From the IMG/VR virus record IMGVR_UViG_3300042539_000942: a stretch of 57,811 nucleotides of DNA; one strand, given 5' to 3'. Below are positions 1 through 9,516 of the stretch, one piece after another. The notes beneath the pieces were generated by a model. It worked only from the letters and a program-made list of their open reading frames with translations. It ran no database searches and was not told the origin of the DNA. Each line of letters opens with the position of its first letter. Position 1 is the stretch's first letter. A program made the translations under genes and the position numbers. The DNA comes from an uncultured virus (IMG/VR IMGVR_UViG_3300042539_000942). Taxonomy: Duplodnaviria > Heunggongvirae > Uroviricota > Caudoviricetes.

Positions 1-932
1 ACAATCTAAAACCAGTATTTGTTGACATTGATTATAGTGATCTCAATTGGGACATAAATCAAATTGAACAAAAAATTACCAATAAGACCCGTGCTGTATT
101 TTCTTCACCAGTTCTTGGGAATCCTTACGATTACGATGCTATCATTGATCTTTGTAATCGCCACAATATTAAACTTATTGCTGATAATTGTGACAGTCTT
201 GGGAGTAAATGGAAAGGGGAATACTTAACACAACATGCAGTCGCAGCATCATGTTCATTCTATCCTGCACATCACATCACCACGATTGAAGGTGGAATGG
301 TGTCTTCAAACATCAAAGAGATTGTAGACATTGCTCGTAGTTTTGCTTGGTGGGGTCGTGATTGCTATTGCGTTGGTCCACAAAATCTGTTAGAGTGTGG
401 AGTGTGTGGTAAAAGATTTGATACATGGTTGGAAGGTTATGATAAAGTTGTTGATCACAAATATGTGTTTGGGCAAATTGGTTATAACCTGAAACCAGCA
501 GATCTTCAAGGAGCAATTGGTTCTGTTCAACTTCAAAAATTTGAAGATGTTCATCAAAAACGTAGAGCAAATAAAGAAAAGATTCAAAAGATTTTTGAAT
601 CTATTCCTAATGTTAGAGTGATTAATGAAAGGCAAGAGGCAGAGACTAGTTGGTTTGGTGTTCCAATCGTTGCTGATTATGATAAGGCAACTTTGGTTAA
701 GTTTCTTGAGAATCATAAAATTCAAACAAGAAATTATTTTGCTGGGAACATTTTAATGCACCCTGCATACAAACATCTAGAAGATGCAAGTAATTATCCT
801 AATGCTTCTAAAGTTTTAGATAATGTTTTCTTTGTTGGATGTGCTCCCATTATCAATGATTCTATGATAGAATACATAGAGGAAGTTGTGAATGAGTATA
901 AAGAGAAGCATCTCTTTTATCATCCAGTCTAG
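1..932 (+). CDS. rfbH: PLP/PMP-dependent DegT-family sugar enzyme, RfbH/DdhC (E1, NDP-4-keto-6-deoxyhexose 3-dehydrase)-like; 5' end outside window
   Basis: Frame open from base 3 (NLKPVFVDID...ADNCDSLGS...SFYPAHHITTIEGGM). His at the cofactor-Lys position plus WGRDCYC...CGVCGKRF and TRNYFAGNI match the RfbH/E1 subfamily. The ORF-track start at 297 is internal. Confidence 0.8.
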   Translation, partial: NLKPVFVDIDYSDLNWDINQIEQKITNKTRAVFSSPVLGNPYDYDAIIDLCNRHNIKLIADNCDSLGSKWKGEYLTQHAVAASCSFYPAHHITTIEGGMVSSNIKEIVDIARSFAWWGRDCYCVGPQNLLECGVCGKRFDTWLEGYDKVVDHKYVFGQIGYNLKPADLQGAIGSVQLQKFEDVHQKRRANKEKIQKIFESIPNVRVINERQEAETSWFGVPIVADYDKATLVKFLENHKIQTRNYFAGNILMHPAYKHLEDASNYPNASKVLDNVFFVGCAPIINDSMIEYIEEVVNEYKEKHLFYHPV

Positions 933-949
933 GGGAGTATTCCCTTTTT
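931..949 (+). terminator. Short hairpin plus U-tract directly before tRNA-Gly (weak terminator or processing signal)
   Basis: agggga-gtat-tccctt followed by ttt. Confidence 0.4.
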
Positions 950-1021
950 GCGGACATAGTTCAGTGGTAGAACGCTATCCTTCCAAGTTAGATGTCGTCG
1001 GTTCGAATCCGATTGTCCGCT
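950..1021 (+). tRNA. trnG: tRNA-Gly (anticodon UCC), no encoded CCA
   Basis: Acceptor GCGGACA/TGTCCGC, D arm GTTC/GAAC, anticodon loop CT-TCC-AA (982-984), T arm GTCGG-TTCGAAT-CCGAT. Confidence 0.95.
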
Positions 1022-1046
1022 TGTCAAATCAATGCTAATCTAGTAG

Positions 1047-1054
1047 AATAAATA
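1047..1054 (+). promoter_or_regulatory. T4-type late promoter (NATAAATA) for the glycosylation operon
   Basis: AATAAATA 25 nt upstream of ATG 1080. Confidence 0.55.
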
Positions 1055-1079
1055 TGATTAGTGAAAATTAATTATTCAA

Positions 1080-2111
1080 ATGAGAACAGCATTGGTTCTA
1101 GGAGCAGGTGGCTTCATTGGAAGTCACATGGTAAAAAGATTGAAGAGCGAAGGATACTGGGTTCGTGGTGTAGATTTGAAGTATCCAGAATTTTCTCAAA
1201 CAGAAGCAGATGAATTTATCCTTGGCGATCTTCGTGATCAAAATTTTGTAGAAAGAGTTCTGATTTTTAAAGGAAATTTGGGAAATTTCTACAAAGAAAT
1301 TCCTTATAGGCACTACCTTCCTTTTGATGAGATCTACCAGTTTGCTGCTGACATGGGTGGTGCAGGATTTGTTTTCACTGGTGAGAACGATGCAGACATT
1401 CTTCACAATTCTGCAGTCATTAATCTTAATGTATTAGAGTATCAGCATAAATTAAATGAAAGACTTGGTTGTAATCTGACCAAGATTTTCTATTCTGGAT
1501 CTGCATGTATGTATCCAGAAGAAATTCAAATGAATACTCAAAATCCAGGTCTGAAGGAAGATGACGCATACCCAGCAAATCCAGATTCAGAATACGGATG
1601 GGAGAAATTGTTTTCGGAACGTCTGTATTTTGCTTATAATCGCAACTATGGTATTCCTGTACGTGTCGCTAGATACCACAATATTTTTGGACCAGAAGGA
1701 ACTTGGACTGGTGGTAGGGAAAAAGCACCTGCAGCTATTTGTCGCAAAGTAGCAGAACTTCCTAGTGAAGGAGGAACAATAGAAGTCTGGGGAGATGGAA
1801 AACAGACTCGTTCGTTTCTTTATGTTGATGAATGTATTGAAGCAACACGTCGTATGATGGATTCGGATTTCATTGGACCAGTGAACATTGGTTCGGAGGA
1901 AATGGTAAGTATCAATCAACTTGTAGAAATTGTGGCAAAGATTGCGAACAAGTCTGTTGAGAAAAATCACATTCCTGGTCCTCTTGGAGTTCGTGGTCGT
2001 AATTCAAATAATGATTTGATTCGTGCTAAACTTGGTTGGGATTATGAACAAACTCTAGAGGAAGGTATCTCTAAAACTTATTCTTGGATTGACACACAAA
2101 TTAAAAAATGA
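1080..2111 (+). CDS. GDP-mannose 3,5-epimerase-like NAD-dependent epimerase (extended SDR)
   Basis: GAGGFIG, AADMGGAGF, YGWEK (YxxxK), REKAPAAICRK, WGDGKQTRSF, GVRGRNS motifs typical of the GME subfamily. Confidence 0.85.
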   Translation: MRTALVLGAGGFIGSHMVKRLKSEGYWVRGVDLKYPEFSQTEADEFILGDLRDQNFVERVLIFKGNLGNFYKEIPYRHYLPFDEIYQFAADMGGAGFVFTGENDADILHNSAVINLNVLEYQHKLNERLGCNLTKIFYSGSACMYPEEIQMNTQNPGLKEDDAYPANPDSEYGWEKLFSERLYFAYNRNYGIPVRVARYHNIFGPEGTWTGGREKAPAAICRKVAELPSEGGTIEVWGDGKQTRSFLYVDECIEATRRMMDSDFIGPVNIGSEEMVSINQLVEIVAKIANKSVEKNHIPGPLGVRGRNSNNDLIRAKLGWDYEQTLEEGISKTYSWIDTQIKK

Positions 2112-2959
2112 AAGTAACTATTCTTGGTTCTAGTGGTCAGATTGGCGCGTATCTGACTGATTATCTTCGTTCAAAAGGACACATCGTTCAGGAATTTGAT
2201 GTTGTCAATGCTGACTATCAGGACATGACACGTATTCCTAATGTTAATTTGCATGATGCGATGTCTGATACTGATTTCTGTTTCTTTCTTGCATTTGATG
2301 TTGGTGGATCTAGGTATCTGAAAAAGTATCAGCATACTTATAATTTCATCAATAACAACACTCGTTTGATGGCAAATGGATTTCAGTATATAAAACAATT
2401 TAACATTCCGTTTGTGTTTGCGAGTAGTCAAATGAGTAACATGAGTTACTCACCTTATGGTGTATTAAAGAATGTTGGAGAACTTTATACCAAATCTCTT
2501 AATGGTTTGATTGTTAAGTTTTGGAATGTTTATGGAATTGAAAAGGATCATGAAAAAGCACATGTTATTACTGATTTTATTCGTAAAGGATTTGAAACTG
2601 GTGTAATTGACATGCTTACTGATGGTGAAGAAGAAAGAGAATTTCTTTACGCAGAAGATTGTTGTGAAGCACTAGAAATGTTGATGTTGAATTATAAAGA
2701 ATTTAGATCAGAAGATAATCTTCACATTACTAGTTTTCATCCTACAAAAATTAAAGACATTGCTTCTATGATTGTTGGTCAATTTAATTTGATCGGTAAT
2801 TATGATGTAAAAATCTTACCATCAAAAGAACAAGATTCTGTTCAGATGGATAAAAGAAATAGACCTGACACCTTCATAACAAAATGGTGGCAACCAAAAA
2901 CAACAATTGACAAAGGTATTGCAAAAGTATTTGAGGTAATGAAAAATGATTGGGTTTGA
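2108..2959 (+). CDS. NAD-dependent epimerase/dehydratase (SDR)
   Basis: GSSGQIG Rossmann motif, FASS, YGVLK, NVYG, REFLY; ATGA overlap with upstream gene. Confidence 0.8.
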   Translation: MKVTILGSSGQIGAYLTDYLRSKGHIVQEFDVVNADYQDMTRIPNVNLHDAMSDTDFCFFLAFDVGGSRYLKKYQHTYNFINNNTRLMANGFQYIKQFNIPFVFASSQMSNMSYSPYGVLKNVGELYTKSLNGLIVKFWNVYGIEKDHEKAHVITDFIRKGFETGVIDMLTDGEEEREFLYAEDCCEALEMLMLNYKEFRSEDNLHITSFHPTKIKDIASMIVGQFNLIGNYDVKILPSKEQDSVQMDKRNRPDTFITKWWQPKTTIDKGIAKVFEVMKNDWV

Positions 2960-3800
2960 TGCACTAGGAACAATGGGTCGTCTGGGAAATCAGATGTTTC
3001 AACATGCAGCAATTAAAGGAATTGCTAGGCATCATGGATACCAGTATTGTATTCCTCCCAAGAATCCTGAAATTCAAATTGATAATTATGGATTGCTCGA
3101 TGCTTTTGAAATGAAAAATGTGGATGCAATTAAGTTCTGCTATAATTTTATTCCAGCACAAGAAGGTCATTTTCATTTTGATGAAGATCTCTTTGAAAAT
3201 TGTTCAGATGGTTCAAACATTGCTGGATTTTTTCAGAGCGAAAAGTATTTCAAACATGTTGAGCAAGAGGTCCGAGAAGACTATCATTTTAAGAAAGAGT
3301 GGTTAGACCCCTGCCAAGAGTTTATGAGTCAGTTCCAGGGGCAGGAAGTGGCATTTCTGCACGTTCGTAGAGGAGATCCCAACCTTACAGATAAACGGGG
3401 ATTTAAGTGGGCATATGTAAACTGTTCTGATCAGCATCCAGTTCAACCTTTGGAGTACTATGAGCAGGCAATCAAGCATCTTCCAGATGAGATGCCAATT
3501 CTTGTTTTCTCAGATTCTATTGATTGGTGTAAGGAGCAAGAGTTTTTCAAACCAGAAAGATTCATGTTCTCAGAACCAGAAGATAAGTATGATGATGGAG
3601 CACTAGTTCCTTACATTGATCTGTGCTTGATGTCTCTCTGTGACCATGCTATAATTGCAAATAGTTCTATGAGTTGGTGGGGTGCTTGGTTAATTAATAA
3701 CCCGAATAAAAAAGTGATCGCACCAAGTCGTTGGTTTGGACCAGCATATTCTTTTCACGATACTAAAGATCTTTATTGTGATGGGTGGGTAATTGTATGA
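2946..3800 (+). CDS. GT11 alpha-1,2-fucosyltransferase-like glycosyltransferase
   Basis: GRLGNQMFQ, GFFQSEKYF, HVRRGD, ANSSMSWWGAWL motifs. Confidence 0.9.
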   Translation: MIGFDALGTMGRLGNQMFQHAAIKGIARHHGYQYCIPPKNPEIQIDNYGLLDAFEMKNVDAIKFCYNFIPAQEGHFHFDEDLFENCSDGSNIAGFFQSEKYFKHVEQEVREDYHFKKEWLDPCQEFMSQFQGQEVAFLHVRRGDPNLTDKRGFKWAYVNCSDQHPVQPLEYYEQAIKHLPDEMPILVFSDSIDWCKEQEFFKPERFMFSEPEDKYDDGALVPYIDLCLMSLCDHAIIANSSMSWWGAWLINNPNKKVIAPSRWFGPAYSFHDTKDLYCDGWVIV

Positions 3801-4498
3801 TTCCTTTATTTGCTATTACAACTTGCAATCAACTTGATCATTATGAGAAGTTGATTAACTCGATCAACTTTCCAATTCAAACAGTATCTGTTTTAGTTAA
3901 TTCTAATCTTGATTATTTTGATCAGGTTCGTAAAGTTTCTAAAACACCTTTTGTAGGTAAGTTTGAATTTTCCCTCTGTCCACAAAACATGGGTTGCGGT
4001 CCTAGTTGGAATTACCACATAAAACATTATCCAACAGAAGATTACTGGGTTCTTTGTAGTGATGATGTTCAACTTGGAGAAAATGATCTGTCACAGATTC
4101 ATTCATTGATTCAAAATCATGATGGAGTTTTTGGTGATAAGGATTGTGAATACATTCTATTTGCTTTGAATCGTAACATGATCCGTAAAGTAGGATTGTT
4201 CGATGAAAACATTTATCCTGCTTGTTATGAAGATAATGATTACCGCACAAGAATGTCATTATCTAATGTAAAAACTTGTCATTTTGACATCACTGCATTG
4301 CACAATGATCTACCCGCAGGATCTCCACATGGATGTGGAACTGCATCAAGACTCTCTGAGGATAAGTTGAGATCCTACCAAGATTGTGTTCAAAAAAATG
4401 GAGAATACTTTTATCGTAAATGGTCAACACAACCAGAAAAAATTGATAGTTGGGTTTTTGACATTGATGAAAGAGCAAAAAAGGAATTTAGAATATGA
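3797..4498 (+). CDS. GT-A fold (GT2-like) glycosyltransferase
   Basis: SWN, SDD and VGLFDENIYPACYEDNDY motifs; ATG 3797 overlaps the upstream stop (ATGA). Confidence 0.7.
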   Translation: MIPLFAITTCNQLDHYEKLINSINFPIQTVSVLVNSNLDYFDQVRKVSKTPFVGKFEFSLCPQNMGCGPSWNYHIKHYPTEDYWVLCSDDVQLGENDLSQIHSLIQNHDGVFGDKDCEYILFALNRNMIRKVGLFDENIYPACYEDNDYRTRMSLSNVKTCHFDITALHNDLPAGSPHGCGTASRLSEDKLRSYQDCVQKNGEYFYRKWSTQPEKIDSWVFDIDERAKKEFRI

Positions 4499-5220
4499 AA
4501 TTAGCAACCTTAGCAGTTATTTTTATTGGCACCGATAAGTATCTAAACTTTTTGCCATCTTGGTATGAGAGTTGCGAAAAGAATTTAGTCACTGATCATA
4601 AGAAACATTACTTTGTGTTTACCGATGGAGAGATGAAAGATCTTCCAGAAAACATCAGTGCTTATACGCAAGAACATCAAGCATGGCCATTCATTACTCT
4701 TCTGAGATTTAATACTATTTTAAAGGCAAAGGAAGAACTGAAAGATTATGATTGGATGTTGTTCATTGATGCTGACATGCAGGTTGTAAGTGAAGTTCAT
4801 CCAACAGAATTATTCACTGATAAAAAATACATTGGTGTACATCACCCTTGCCACTATCTTCAAATGCCGCCACATAATCAAGGAACTGGTGCATTTGAAA
4901 CAAGTCCATTGTCAAAGGCAGGAATTGTAGATGGTGATGATACGTCTGTTTATTATCAGGGTTGTGTGTGGGGAGGTAAAGTTCCTGAGGTTATTGAAAT
5001 GATGGAGGAACTGCAGAAAAGAACCCAAGAAGATTTGGATAATAATGTGATTGCTAAGTGGCATGATGAAAGTCAAATGAATAAGTTCTTTGCGGAAAGA
5101 CCTGATGAGGTGAATGTTCTTTCTCCATCATTTGCTTTCCCAGAGGACTTTGCACAATACTGTGAGTTTGAACCAAAGATTGTTCATTTATCAAAGGATA
5201 ATTCTTCCTATCATCAATGA
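4495..5220 (+). CDS. GT6 (ABO/alpha-1,3-Gal/GalNAc transferase family) glycosyltransferase
   Basis: IGTDKY, YFVFTD, WPFITLLRF, DAD (DXD), YYQGCVWGG, KWHDESQMNK motifs. Confidence 0.9.
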   Translation: MKLATLAVIFIGTDKYLNFLPSWYESCEKNLVTDHKKHYFVFTDGEMKDLPENISAYTQEHQAWPFITLLRFNTILKAKEELKDYDWMLFIDADMQVVSEVHPTELFTDKKYIGVHHPCHYLQMPPHNQGTGAFETSPLSKAGIVDGDDTSVYYQGCVWGGKVPEVIEMMEELQKRTQEDLDNNVIAKWHDESQMNKFFAERPDEVNVLSPSFAFPEDFAQYCEFEPKIVHLSKDNSSYHQ

Positions 5221-6062
5221 CAAATTTAAATTGTGGATTATCAGGATGTAAAATTGAACTGATTGACAATCACACAATCAGGAAGTATTCTTCTGGATTG
5301 AATTACAATTCAAGACTTTCTAAGCAAATTGACAAACAAGTTTTTTTCTCAAATAAAATTTTTAAGTCAATTCATGTTCCTAAAATTAAAAATGTACGGA
5401 GAGAAAATCTATTCTCCTTTGAAATGGAGTATGTAACTGGTCATTCGTTTGATCAGTTTTTTTCTTTCTGTAGCATTGATGACATTGAGTTTGTTGTTGA
5501 AGCACTTATAGAATACTTTGATTATGTCCTTGCATCGGCAAAGATGTATAGTGAAGATGAAGCAAAATCTAAAATCATTTCAAAAATAGAATCATTAGAA
5601 ACTAAGTCAGATTATCCTGATTATATTTCCTATCTTAAACAGTATGTTGAAAATGAAGTACTGAACATACCAAAAGCATTTTGTCATGGAGATTTGACTT
5701 TTACAAACATTATTTTTAATAGTAAAAGACTTTATCTCATAGATTTTCTTGATTCTTATTTGGACACTCCTTTGGTTGATTTTGTAAAACTTAAACAAGA
5801 TCTTGTTCATTGTTGGAGCTTAAATGTTCAGGAAATAGATAGTCTAAGAATTCGTCAGATCTATAAAAAAATTTGGACAATTTTGTATAATAAGTACAAA
5901 TGTATTATTAATACATCAGCATTTGAAATTCTTGATGCTTTGAATGCGTTCAGAATAGAACCATACTTGACTAATTCACGACAACGATTTATATTAGAAA
6001 CAATAGTAAAAAATTGCCAAGTCTATGAAAACTTTAATTGTTCCCATGGCGGGACAATCTAG
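5217..6062 (+). CDS. APH/choline-kinase-like phosphotransferase
   Basis: VPKI, FEMEYV, catalytic HGDLTFTNI and LIDF motifs. Confidence 0.75.
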   Translation: MTNLNCGLSGCKIELIDNHTIRKYSSGLNYNSRLSKQIDKQVFFSNKIFKSIHVPKIKNVRRENLFSFEMEYVTGHSFDQFFSFCSIDDIEFVVEALIEYFDYVLASAKMYSEDEAKSKIISKIESLETKSDYPDYISYLKQYVENEVLNIPKAFCHGDLTFTNIIFNSKRLYLIDFLDSYLDTPLVDFVKLKQDLVHCWSLNVQEIDSLRIRQIYKKIWTILYNKYKCIINTSAFEILDALNAFRIEPYLTNSRQRFILETIVKNCQVYENFNCSHGGTI

Positions 6063-7083
6063 TAGATTTCCCAACACAAGACCCAAATGGATGTTGACAC
6101 ATCCTTCTACAAATAGGTTTATGGTTACTGAATCTATTCTTGGATTGAATCTTGACTTCTTTGATCAGATTTATTTTGTTTGTCTTCAGGATCATCAAGA
6201 TAAGTATATGTTTTTAGATGGATTCTTGAGAGAGTTGGAAGAATTGGGATTGGATGATAAATCTAAAGTTGCCTTTCTTCCAGAAAAAACTGGATCACAA
6301 TCCGAAACTGTTTATCAATTAATTAAATCTCAACAGATCGAAGGATTCATCTTCATAAAAGATTCTGATGGTTTTTTTAAATGCACTCTTGAAGACACTA
6401 AAAACCAAGTAGCATATTTTGATCTCAATGATCTAGATAACATTAATGCAAGGACAAAAAGTTATTTGCAGTTGGATGTTAATAATGTCATTGCAAACAT
6501 TGTAGAAAAGAAAGTTATTAGTTCCACTTTCTGTGTTGGTGGTTATGGATTTGAAGATGCACTAGATTTTTGTGAAACGTATGAAAAACTTAGTGATCTT
6601 CCTGGTGAGTGTTATGTGAGTCACATCATTTTTGAAATGATGTTATTTGGTGCGTCGTTTTATGGAACAAAAACAACACAGTTTAAAGATTGGGGAACAC
6701 TTGAAGAGTGGAATAAATTTAAGCGAGAGCATAAGTGCTTGTTCGTTGACATTGATGGAACAATTGTAACTAATTCGTCTATTCATTTCCCTCCCTACGT
6801 TGGAACTGGAGAACCATTGCAAGATAACATTAAGTTTTTAAATGAACTGAGAGAAAGTGATAAAGTTGCAATTGTACTTACAACAAGTAGACCAGAGAAT
6901 ATGAGAGAAGCAACTATAAGAGAACTAAAGAGAATCGGTATGGGATTTGATAGTCTGGTTATGGGGTTACCTCATTGTGAAAGGATTGTTATTAATGATT
7001 TTGCAAATAGCAATCCTTACCCATCTTGTAGAGCAATCAATCTTCCACGCAATTCTGATAAATTGAGAGAGTTTTTTGAATGA
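6025..7083 (+). CDS. Nucleotidyltransferase fused to a C-terminal HAD-family phosphatase
   Basis: N-terminal IVPMAGQSSRF...PK, IVEKK and DWGT; C-terminal FVDIDGTI, LTTSR, INDF. Confidence 0.75.
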   Translation: MKTLIVPMAGQSSRFPNTRPKWMLTHPSTNRFMVTESILGLNLDFFDQIYFVCLQDHQDKYMFLDGFLRELEELGLDDKSKVAFLPEKTGSQSETVYQLIKSQQIEGFIFIKDSDGFFKCTLEDTKNQVAYFDLNDLDNINARTKSYLQLDVNNVIANIVEKKVISSTFCVGGYGFEDALDFCETYEKLSDLPGECYVSHIIFEMMLFGASFYGTKTTQFKDWGTLEEWNKFKREHKCLFVDIDGTIVTNSSIHFPPYVGTGEPLQDNIKFLNELRESDKVAIVLTTSRPENMREATIRELKRIGMGFDSLVMGLPHCERIVINDFANSNPYPSCRAINLPRNSDKLREFFE

Positions 7084-8072
7084 AATTATTAATTACTGGT
7101 GCCGCAGGACAAATTGGATCTGGTCTTGCTAAAAGATTAATTCATAATGGTCACGATCTTGTCCTTGTAGATAATTTACGCAATGGGTATGCATCTAATC
7201 TCAGGGTTGATGACGACTATGTTGCTCCATTTTATTATCTTGACATCTTAACTCCGCAGTTCTTTGAAATGTGTGCGGGAGATTATGATGCTGTGATTCA
7301 TCTTGCTGCGATTACATCTCTTCCAGATTGTGAAAGCAATCCATTGGAAACTATTATGATTAATGTTGCAGGTACTGCAGCAGTTATGGAATTTGCCAGA
7401 AATAATAACATCCCACACGTTATTTTTGCAAGCACAAGTGCTGTTTATGAGAATACGGATGCGGAAACTTTTACTGAGGAAATGGAAATTAATCCACGAC
7501 TTTATTATTCTTTGTCTAAAAAGATGGCAGAAGAAGTCGTCCAATCTTATAGAGAAAATTATAACAGTAAAGCCACTGTACTTCGTTTCTTTAATGTGTT
7601 TGGTCCTGATGGCGATTCGACTAGACCCAATCCTCCTCTCCTTAATTTTTTGGTTAGAGAGTTTAAGAAAGGAGTACAACCAGAATTAAGTGGTGATGGC
7701 GAACAAGTTCGTGATTTTATTCATGTTGAAGATGTAGTTTCAATGATTGAACTTTGTTTAGATAAAAGACCAGATGATGTCTTCAATGTATGCACTGGTA
7801 AAGTTTTGAGTGTTAATCAGGTGGGTCAGTGGGTTGCTGAAGCACTTGGTTGTGAAGAGATTGGACTTGCACATAAACCAGCAAAAGAACTTTGGAGTCG
7901 TTATCCTGAAATGTTTGAAGGTAAGTATCCGCTGAGCAAAGAAGTCGTTGCCAAGGAAACAACTAGATGGTCTAAAGGATCTTATCAAAAGGCAAAGGAA
8001 GTTCTTGGTTGGGAACCTAATACTAATTTGGAAGAACTCATTAAAAAAGTTGCTAAAGAAGTCAAACTATGA
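7080..8072 (+). CDS. NAD-dependent epimerase/reductase (GalE-like SDR)
   Basis: TGAAGQIG, HLAA, FASTSAVY, YSLSK, LRFFNVFGP, GDGEQVRDFIHV. Confidence 0.85.
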   Translation: MKLLITGAAGQIGSGLAKRLIHNGHDLVLVDNLRNGYASNLRVDDDYVAPFYYLDILTPQFFEMCAGDYDAVIHLAAITSLPDCESNPLETIMINVAGTAAVMEFARNNNIPHVIFASTSAVYENTDAETFTEEMEINPRLYYSLSKKMAEEVVQSYRENYNSKATVLRFFNVFGPDGDSTRPNPPLLNFLVREFKKGVQPELSGDGEQVRDFIHVEDVVSMIELCLDKRPDDVFNVCTGKVLSVNQVGQWVAEALGCEEIGLAHKPAKELWSRYPEMFEGKYPLSKEVVAKETTRWSKGSYQKAKEVLGWEPNTNLEELIKKVAKEVKL

Positions 8073-8827
8073 AGTTAGCAATTTGTTTTTCTGGACAACC
8101 TAGATTTATTAAAGAAGTATCCCCATTTATTATTAACAATGTAATTGGCGATAATGATGTAGATGTGTTTGCACATTTATGGTTTGATGATGATCTTCAA
8201 AATAAACCATATAAGTATGGTGGAAATGATTGGAAAGAACAGAGAATTCCATCAACTGCTATAGATGATTTTAATCAAATCTATACACCAAAAGCAATTA
8301 AGATAGAATCAAGCAAGAAATTTTTAAATTCTAATCTCTCTGATAATTATCTTCCATCATTACGAAGGTATAAGTGGGGATCTATTGATAATCCAAATGA
8401 TCCAAATTTTTCTGTTAGAGATGTTAATAACATTACTTCCTATTATTATAGTTTAAATCAAGTGTGTTTGTTGAAAAAAGAACATGAGTATCAGAATGAT
8501 TTTAAGTATGACTATGTAATTAAGATTAGAACAGATTCTATTATTCATAATAAAATTGATTATAAAACTTTTGATAAACAAACTGTCTATTATTCTGGAA
8601 TGCAAAATCAACCAGATGGTATGATTAACGATTGGTTTAATTTTGGTGGATCCAAAGTTATGGATGCCTTTATGGGTTGTTTTCCTGTTTTAGATTTTTT
8701 GATTGAACGTTGCATGAAAGAAACTGATGATGCTTGGTGTTGTGAATTGATTCATAGAAAGATGTTAGATTACTTCTGTGTTAATCATCAAGCACTTCCT
8801 ATTCACATTACTCTTCCTAGATTCTAA
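8069..8827 (+). CDS. Putative glycosyltransferase-like protein (AxCFSGQPR family), paralog of the next gene
   Basis: MKLAICFSGQPRF, DVFAHLW, YDYVIKIRTD, NDWFNFG; lies inside the glycan operon. Confidence 0.55.
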   Translation: MKLAICFSGQPRFIKEVSPFIINNVIGDNDVDVFAHLWFDDDLQNKPYKYGGNDWKEQRIPSTAIDDFNQIYTPKAIKIESSKKFLNSNLSDNYLPSLRRYKWGSIDNPNDPNFSVRDVNNITSYYYSLNQVCLLKKEHEYQNDFKYDYVIKIRTDSIIHNKIDYKTFDKQTVYYSGMQNQPDGMINDWFNFGGSKVMDAFMGCFPVLDFLIERCMKETDDAWCCELIHRKMLDYFCVNHQALPIHITLPRF

Positions 8828-9516
8828 TGAAAATTGCTCTTTGCTTTGCTGGTCAACCTAGATTTATTGACCGAATGAATTTTGATAATCTTACTCAAGA
8901 TCATCAAGTAGATACTTATGCTCATTTTTGGTGGGATGAAAGTTATCGGGGTGAGCAGTTTGCTTGGAATAGTACTTTGACTTATCCAGAAGATTATGAT
9001 CCTATTGAAGATTTTAATCAAAGAATGAATCCTAAAAAGATTGTATTTGAGAAGTATCCAGATCTTGATCTAAGTTCTTTTAAAATGGTAAGTCAAATGG
9101 AATTTCCTTTGACAGAAGAAGTTGTAGAGCAATCTATTTTCCGTCAAAAGTGTCAATGGATTTCCGTCAAAAACAGCATTGGATTGATAGAGGAACCTTA
9201 TGATCTTGTTATTAGAATGAGAACTGATCTTGAGTTTCCAGAGAGAGTTCCTTTAGAAGAACTTGATGGTGATGGACTTTACATGATGGATGGATCAATG
9301 CAAGCAGGTAGAGGTAGAGAGTATTGTGATTGGTTCTATTGTGGTCCGCTACATAGAATGAAGGAGTTTGATGTTCTAAAAGTTTACGACGAATTTTATA
9401 AGAATGGAATTCGCCACATGCATGAATTGATGATCGAAACATTGGCAACTTTACAAATGCCACATCAAGTATTAGACTTGAAAGCGTGGATGACCGACCG
9501 CAATAAAATTAAATGA
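8827..9516 (+). CDS. Putative glycosyltransferase-like protein (AxCFAGQPR family)
   Basis: MKIALCFAGQPRF, DTYAHFW, YDLVIRMRTD, CDWFYCG. Confidence 0.55.
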   Translation: MKIALCFAGQPRFIDRMNFDNLTQDHQVDTYAHFWWDESYRGEQFAWNSTLTYPEDYDPIEDFNQRMNPKKIVFEKYPDLDLSSFKMVSQMEFPLTEEVVEQSIFRQKCQWISVKNSIGLIEEPYDLVIRMRTDLEFPERVPLEELDGDGLYMMDGSMQAGRGREYCDWFYCGPLHRMKEFDVLKVYDEFYKNGIRHMHELMIETLATLQMPHQVLDLKAWMTDRNKIK

